Source of the DNA: Octopus sinensis
Taxonomy: Eukaryota
DNA length: 64,000 bases
NCBI RefSeq assembly: GCF_006345805.1
Contig: NC_043007.1
Coordinates: 56,358,001-56,422,000, forward strand
Direction of reading: 5' to 3'
Positions 57,701 to 64,000 of this stretch are shown here, one piece after another. The notes below the pieces were generated by a model that worked only from the letters and a program-made list of their open reading frames with translations, was not told where the DNA came from and ran no database searches. The first letter of the stretch is position 1. Each line of letters begins with the position of its first letter. Made by a program: the position numbers and the translations under genes.

Positions 57701-58149
57701 TCTACCGGCACGGAAGTGCCGTCAGCCGGGCCTGCCCGAGGTGTTGCCAGGACGACGAAACCGTTCTGCACGCACTCATCCAGTGCCCGAGTATTGCTGA
57801 AATATGGGTTTATGTCGAACAGCTACTGTCACGTGTAGGACGGATCCGACTATCGGCCGAATCCATAGTGAAGATTGCCCCGCCGACCTCCTTTAACAAG
57901 GAGGGCGAGGCTGTTTTCTTGTGCCTAGTGGCTGTGGCGAAAGAGGTCGTGTGGTGGACTCGTTTGAAAGGGCTAAAGACAGACACTTTCCTCTTTGGTC
58001 AAGGCCTCATCAACTTTTTCAAGTTTCACTTGAAAAGGAAGATGAGGTTAGAGAGGAAAGTGCTGTCCGATAGCAAGTTTTATGAAAGGTGGGTGAATTG
58101 TGCGAGACTGGCCTGTATAAATGGACCAGTTCTCAGGTTTCGCCTGTGA
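54718..58149 (+). CDS. L1/Tx1-clade LINE ORF2: APE endonuclease + reverse transcriptase + C-terminal Cys/His motif, 1143 aa, uninterrupted
   Basis: The translation has APE motifs (LNVRGL, ISET, YAP, GDWN, SYLDR, TDH), RT motifs (PGLDG, FRPITLLN, DQSKAFDRV, QGCPLS, YADD) and C-terminal CPRC...ETVLHALIQC. No stops or frameshifts. It is much more GC-rich than the flanks. Confidence 0.97.
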   Translation: MANLRIGCLNVRGLGSPWKQGHLLNYLRFHDVDVAAISETRLSDPQELAALFGGYEIFLSPCRPGAGGGGTAVLFRKGLDLKIRTVFLDPEGKLVVLDVDGSDGGAFRLLAAYAPTGAGQSDYFKRLEVFLGTSRTLVLVGDWNAVLDERFDRVGRGASDGRGGGCKSLANLLGRFQLSDRFRLDNPNVPMWTWTNRIGSSRSYLDRVFCRPADKDSVGCPQFHLVEYTDHKLVICTVDLDRLHRQGPGYWKLNASLTACKAYRDRISLLVKRALTGAIINNNWWFALKRAIRVESIRYSKTLAIERRKRERDLVKKLDEALDTGITTDVLAARLALDQHFDAKHEGCVVRAKARSLSGEGTRAARWARVAEAKRGNRATIRSLVDQNGREVTEPKQMCTVLQRHFTQLFGTSGGTDNGADFGVYLDGLPQLSDSEAECCEGPISAWEVQEAMKSCTRGRSPGLDGLPYELYFSMPDLFADLLANVYCNWQQNGRIPTFVCRGVVALLKKDPNKGDVIGNFRPITLLNAELKILAKVLAKRLALVVDKLVGKTQTCAVPTRSIHDNLHLMRYIIERVGNDAGAGGALINLDQSKAFDRVDHRYLAAVLKAAGFGPVFRGWIAALYSNICSVIRVNGHLSEPFVISRSVRQGCPLSSLLYILTLEPLLRKLEALRGIPRDLGGGNSVSAYADDVTVVVSSHRHIGLIGETLNQYEAVTGAKINAEKSVGLQLGTWRGKPMPSNSVVGRWTDGPVKLLGVWFGPDLQVDKNWEEVTSRVARLTQKWAERKLSLKGRAEVANAYIASVIYYRLTVVPCPDRWLAKLVRLLFDFLWKGQVPLVRRSICCQRPLNGGFGMPWLLLRRHALRLRHLKRFLDGEQVWSSFVRRDFPQLVSLTELQTLIKRRPRKGAWHLECRQALSALRQAGNAIGYSSTLAFYRGLVEEKCDDVLGETLGVEDDELSGLFGRTFRPGPMDNFQRSLAWQCYRGALPVRDKLYRHGSAVSRACPRCCQDDETVLHALIQCPSIAEIWVYVEQLLSRVGRIRLSAESIVKIAPPTSFNKEGEAVFLCLVAVAKEVVWWTRLKGLKTDTFLFGQGLINFFKFHLKRKMRLERKVLSDSKFYERWVNCARLACINGPVLRFRL

Positions 58150-58433
58150 TTTCAAAAAGGTAATACAAAAGGAGAAAAAAAGGGGACTCTCTACACCCTT
58201 TTTTTGACCAGGCTCCCGTTGGCTTTTGTAGGGTTTTTCCACCAGGAACCTTTCGAAACGTCTCCCCTTTTTGGGAGTTTTTCATTGTTGAATTTTATAA
58301 GTTGTTATAAAGATTTTTACTCGATGTTTTTCAAAAACGGACAAAACCCTTTGTAACCTTTCGTCCTGTTTTGTCCCTTTATGTAATCATGCGTGTCAGC
58401 CCTTGTGGCCAATAAAAAAGAATTGATTATTAA

Positions 58434-58502
<69 letters not shown>

Positions 58503-60699
58503 GATAGATAGATAGATGAATGCACACACGCACACACACAATCACACACACACACTGCTTTGTTTGTTGGGACATGTGAAAGGATATGCGAGTGAACGTA
58601 CATCTGAATTGTTCAGTGAGAATCAGTAAGCGATAGAAGTGATGTGCTTTTGATAAATAAGAGAGATTACATACGTGAGACACTGATAATATTTGAGACA
58701 CTGCAAATTCCTTACTTTTGTTGCTGAGATTTTAGACTAAAAAAACTGATCGAAAAAATGCTTCATACGTATGCATCATTATTCCCCGTAATTTGCCGCC
58801 TAATGTGCGTAAATATATTAATTCGTAGTAAGAAAGGTATATTTAGCAAAAAGACAAATTTGTGTACAGAATTTCCTTCTCCCGTCATTCACTTTCAACG
58901 TGTAGAATATATTTCTTCTTTCATTTGCGAGTTCTTCCGGTTTTAATAGTATTGTACCAAAGCAATGTTTATTTAGCTTGAATCAATGAAGGAGTATTTA
59001 CGTGATCGGTTGACCTGCTATAAATAGCAGTCAAGCAACCCTCAAATCGCTCCCTGTTATCTTAAAAGAAGAAAAAGGAAGAACGTGATTTTGAATAATG
59101 TATTTTTTACATTTAAGATGGGATATTTATTAGGTGTAAGTAACGATAAGGGTGAGTAGACATACTGATTGAGGTATTACATAAGTAAACGAGTGAAGGA
59201 GCAAATGACTATACGAACCAGTAACCGGGAGAAGACGCGTAGATGATTGAGTGAGTGAGTCAGTGAGGAAATGAATGAGTGTAAGGGCTTGAATAAATGA
59301 TTTAAAAGATTTATGTTTGAATGAATATGTGGGATGATATGAGTGACAGATTGAGTCAGTAATCCAGTAATTAGTGGAAGGAGGGGTTGAATTAGTTGAG
59401 TGTAATTTTTCGAATGCTTATGTTAGTAAAGAACGCTGGGATAGGACTAAGGTTTAAATGATGGATGACTGAAATAACAATTCAGGGATGAGACTGAAAA
59501 AAATGTGCTGCGTCAATAAATGAAGGAACGAATTAACGAACGAGTGAATGAAAGAATTAGCCTGTATTTTGCTGATGTTTCATCTTAGCTTCAAAACACC
59601 ACAATCGACTTTTCTTCCAAATATAGTATGACTACGCCCGCATTATCCAGCCTGTCCATCCTATTTTGAGTTGTGGGTTTGATTTGAAGGAGGTTTGGCT
59701 AATATTTCTAGCAGGGCAGATGACTACATAGAAGTTAACGTATAGAGTGTTTGTAAGAAGTAAGATATGTCTGAATAAGTGAATAAGTGAACTAGTTAAT
59801 TTTGTTGTTCCTGTTCAGCTCCAGGCACGCCCACGTTGAGCAGATGTATCATCAAAAAATTATAAAGATGGGTATCCTGCCATTTCTTCAGGCACACTCT
59901 ATCTAAGACTTCATTAATCAATGTGACCTTCTGTTTTTTTAAGACGTTACGATTTTTGTTGCTATTTCTATCAGGTTGAATGAACAGAGCAGTGAATATC
60001 TGTGGTACGTGTTCTAGTTAGAAAATGATCCTCCCTCCACACTACATTCATACCAACACAAGGTCTTAAGATCAACTTTATTTTATCAATTGTAGCATTC
60101 TTGGCTTTCCTGACACAGAAAATTACTACGTGTTTGGAAAGGGCACAAGAATACAAGGTTACGAACTAAACGGAAGTTTAACCTAACAACTGATTCAAGA
60201 GAAACATATTTCAAAGACAAAATAAACAAATAAATGAATGGAAGATTAAAAAATAAATAAGGGAAGAAATATAAAATAAAGGCGGGCTGATTACGGCAGC
60301 ACGCTCACACACACACACACACACTTATCCATTGAAACACAAACATGCATATATATATATATACATACACGCACCACACCCTGACACGCACATGCACACA
60401 CTGACACTAACACACATATAATTTGCACATGTACATGTTACTAAACTTACAAATATACATAAATACAAAACATGTGTGTGTGTATATATATATATATTTT
60501 GTGTGTGTGTGTGTGTGTGTATGAGCGCGCACGCGTGTATGGTCCTAGGTGTGTGTCTGTGTGTGTGTGTGTGTGATGTATGAGTGTTTTTCTTCATTCC
60601 GGAAATGATTTGTAATCTTAAGATGGCGTACTGTTTAAACAGTATTTGAAACTTGAAGTAATGGGAAAGCTTTCACTCTAATATATTGTAAAATAACGT

Positions 60700-61138
60700 A
60701 CTGATTTCAAGTTTTGGCACAAGGCCAGCATGTTTTGGGGTGGGGGTAAGTCGACTACATCGCCTCCAGTGTAGAGGTGATACTTATCTTATGGACTCCA
60801 AAAGAATGAAAGGCAAAGTCGACATGAGAGGCATTTAAACTTCGAGCGTAAACACGGACAAACTGCCACCAAACGTTTTGCCCGGTGTGCTGTTTCGCCA
60901 CCTCGCCTCCTAAATGTAAAGTTTGTATTAATAACATTTCTACTATAGGCACAAGGCCTGAAATTTAGGGGAAGCGGGGCACTCAATTAGATCGATCCCA
61001 GTGCGCAACTGACGCTTAATTTATCGACGCCGAGAGGCAAAGTCGACCTCGGCGAAACTTGAACTCAGAACGTAGCAGCAGACGAAATGCTACTAAACAT
61101 TTCACTCGGCTTCCTAACGATTCTGCCAGCTCGCCGCC
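60700..61138 (-). mobile_element. Two tandem SINE family 2 copies (about 60700-60910 and 60930-61138)
   Basis: Two successive reverse-complement matches to head, core and tail. Confidence 0.8.
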
Positions 61139-61223
61139 TTAAAGTTTTTATTAATAGCATTAAATATTATGTAAAATATAACATTGATAACAATAAATAG
61201 AATATTATATTAAAGATGTTTAT

Positions 61224-61430
61224 AAACACACAAAACCGTTAGATTCACTTCAACATTTAAATCTAATTTGTCGAAATATTTTTGTCGCTTTGAGATCGCG
61301 ACCTGTTCACTGACAAAACTCCGTGCTGCATCAGAGTTTTGTTAGTGAACAGGTCGCGGTCTCAAAGCGACAAAAATATTTTGACAAATTAAATTTAAAT
61401 GTTGAAGTGAATCTAACGGTTTTTGTGTTT
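61224..61430. repeat. Long near-perfect palindrome (98/97-bp arms, 12-nt loop)
   Basis: 61224-61321 is the reverse complement of 61334-61430 with a handful of mismatches. Confidence 0.9.
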
Positions 61431-61701
61431 CTTAAATGGCTTATAAACACCTTCCACGTTGCAATTGTTTTCGTTCTAGCACACGATCTCAGAGCAGGTC
61501 ACTTGCTATCCAAGTACATCTCCGAAATATATTAAAGATGCTAACTGTAATATAAACTATTATATTAATAACAGCATCTATAATATGATACAAAGGTTTA
61601 TAACTATAATGCAGTATAAAAGATTTTTAAAAATTATGTAATATAAAAGATTATATTAAAACACAAACTGTGATATAAAATATTATATTAGGATTTATAT
61701 G

Positions 61702-62728
61702 TCAGGCTGAGTAAAAAGTAAGGAACATTTTAAAACGCGAAAATTTCATAACAATATATTTCAACAATGCGGAAATCTTATTCATCAAAGTAAATACCAT
61801 TACAATCAACATATTTTTACCAACGAATTACGGCATTGTTTATTCCGGTAACATAGAAATCTGGAGTTCTAGAGCTGATGAACTCTTTGAACGCACTTTC
61901 AGCCGCGGTTTGATTTTTGAACACCTTCTTGCACAGGAAACCATCAAGGTGCTTGAAAAAGTGGTACTCGGTAGAAGAAAGATCTGGGGAATAAACTGGG
62001 TGAGGAAGAACTTTGTAGCCAAGTTCCCTCAACTTTTGGAGCATCATTAGTGAAACGTGCGGTCGAGCATTGTCATAAAGAATGATTGGCCCTCTTATGT
62101 TGACCAGTCTGGGACGGAGGAGTAGCAATTTTTCGTTCATTTTGGCAATTTCATGACAATATGTTTCTGCAATAATAGTTTTCCCGAGTTTTAAGAAGTT
62201 ATAGTGGATGAGTCCAGCAGTACACCACCAAACAACAGTCACCATAACCTTCTTGTTGAAGAGCTCGGGTTTAGGGAAGATTTTCGGTGCTTCATTTTGA
62301 TCCAACCACTGCTAAAAACGATTTTTATTATTGTTCATAATCCATTTTTCATTGCAATACGGTCGAGAAATTGATTGGTTTGGTTATGAAGAAGCGACGA
62401 GAAAATTTCATATCGGCGCATTTTCTGATTTTCAATCAAATCGTATGGTACCCATTTATCGAGCTTTTATAATTCTCCGATCGTATGCAAATGGTTGCAC
62501 GCAGTTTTCTGACTAACTTGAAATTCTTTTGCCAGTTCTCGAGTAGTTTTACGTGGATCTTCCTCAGTAACGGTCTTTAATTGACTGTCATCGATGACAG
62601 ATAGGCGTCCACTACGCTCACGATCTTCAAGGCTCTGGTCTCCACTGCGAAACGTTTAAACCATTTTCTTGAATAGCAAAATTGCTCGAATATCGCGCTT
62701 TGACAGTTCCATTTCAGATGATTATAAC
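61702..62728 (-). mobile_element. mariner transposon, decayed; 5' end interrupted by the ORF1-only retroelement
   Basis: ATG at 62712 (MELSKRDIRAILL), KWVPY, KKVMVTVVWW, ILYDNARPH, HPVYSPDLSSTEYHFF (ORF 61817-62305). Confidence 0.88.
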
Positions 62729-64000
62729 ATTATTCTTTCTTTTGGCACTACGGTCATAACACAGAGGGAACAGCACAAGGACAAACAGGACACTACAGTG
62801 GGGACATATAACAGAACAAACGAATGAAGGATGAATTATGATAATGGAGGTAAAATGGCTGCATGATCCCCACTCAGAATCAGTATGATTTTAAATGTTT
62901 TAGTTAAATGTTTTTATATCTTTTTTTCCCTCTTAGTATCAGTATTATGTTCATTAAATTCTCAACATTTACTTTTTTTTCACTATTTTATGTACGGTGT
63001 TTGGTCCTTATAATCTGTCACTGGCGGCAAGCAATCGAACTCCACGCGTACTCCTGCTGGGTCTATCTTGTCTCCAAATAATTCCCTCAATCTTGCACAC
63101 CTCTCTTGGTCAATCACAATTGCCTTGGTGCTCTCTGGATAATATTCCGTTGTTAACTTCACTATCGACTTCATTTTGGTTATTTTCTTTTCAATTAACA
63201 TGTTTTTTTAATATGTCACCATACGCCATTTCCTTTTTGTTTCTTTGTTTTGTTACTTGTTCCTGTATTTCCACTTGGTTTTCTACGTTGGTTTCCCTTG
63301 TTGATATTGTTGGAATCTCCTTCTGTTTCTTTTTCTGTTTATTTTCCTTTATTTTCTTTAGTGGACTCTTTGGCGGTGAGTCCACGTTTTCCTTCCTTTT
63401 CTTTTTCATATTTACTACCGCATAATACTCATCAACCTTCTCTGGACATTGATTACTCACAGGGGTCGCCGCTTCGGCATTTTGCACCTGCTCGGCACCC
63501 TGTCGCTGCTGTTCCTGTTCACCTTTCTCCTCGTTCTGGTAACAAGCTGGAGGTCTTCACCACTACTCTTAATTTTACTTCCTCCGGTAGTATCACCTCC
63601 TCCGTTATTTTGTGCAAGTCTTGCAAAGTTACCTGGATCGCCACCTCGAGGCCGTAACCCCATCAGTTTACCTCTTTCGTTCTCGTTACTTTTAAAACTT
63701 TCGCCTCCTCTTCCATGTTGTACATAATGGCTGCCACGCCTCTTCAGTCTCCGGGGGTACTCTGCCTATTCTCACCTTGACCACTAGCCTGCCACAGTAA
63801 GTCGGCAGAAGTACCCACTATGGTGCCCTTAGCGTCACAGTGGAGTAGTTTATCGCTTCTTGCTCGCTAGCGAACCTAACCTCCACTGTGCCGTATTTTT
63901 TCCTCTGGTATAGAATATTGTAAGGTTCTTTACCTCCTTCAAACACTCTTCTATGGCTTCCACAGTAGCTATTTCAATTCTTTTCGTTGCCGTAGACAGC
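62729..64000 (-). mobile_element. Decayed ORF1-only (HAL1-like) derivative of a Tx1-type LINE; continues beyond the window edge
   Basis: Manual minus-strand translation across frameshifts gives ...RGKKYGTVEVRF...LLPTYCGRLVVKVRIGRVPPE...AAIMYNMEEEAKVLKVTRTKEVN*WGYG...LPEEVKLRVVV..PPACY. This is collinear with ORF1 at 53.3 kb (...KGKRFGTVDVRF...LVPTHLGRRVTKIKIDLVPPE...AAVLYDIEDTTTILDVRRVREKNWLGMG...LPDGTRLNVAVEGRKPKCF). The stop at 62983 is followed by about 250 bp ending in a Tx1-like 3' terminus, with no ORF2. Confidence 0.8.

Larger units (their letters stand above)
53280..58424 (+). mobile_element. Young L1/Tx1-type non-LTR retrotransposon, nearly full length, 5' UTR and ORF1 start missing
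   Basis: ORF1, then a pyrimidine-rich 37-bp spacer, ORF2, and a 275-bp 3' UTR ending AATAAAAAAGAATT followed by (ATT)n. No target-site duplication seen. Confidence 0.93.

Overview
This is AT-rich, microsatellite-saturated animal DNA. The two tRNA-derived SINE families and the repeat landscape look like an octopod cephalopod (inference from recognised SINE sequences). I found no convincing host exon, so the window is probably intronic or intergenic and consists almost entirely of mobile DNA. (1) A young L1/Tx1-clade LINE, slightly 5'-truncated, has both ORFs open (about 53.28-58.42 kb). (2) A decayed ORF1-only 'half-Tx1' relative at the right edge shares the LINE's 3' end but has no ORF2. (3) A 12.5-kb pile-up (28.7-41.0 kb) of R4/Dong-type RLE retrotransposon fragments and a 556-bp non-coding element sits in (TTA)n arrays; one copy has twin-priming-like inversion geometry. 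(4) There are decayed Tc1 and mariner copies and a piggyBac-like MITE. (5) Many minimal type I hammerhead-ribozyme-like motifs occur in about seven unrelated short repeats, several with self-complementary stem III, as known for Penelope-like elements. Most ORFs in the supplied track are microsatellite artefacts. All alignments and folds were done by eye, and boundaries are approximate unless exact motifs are quoted.
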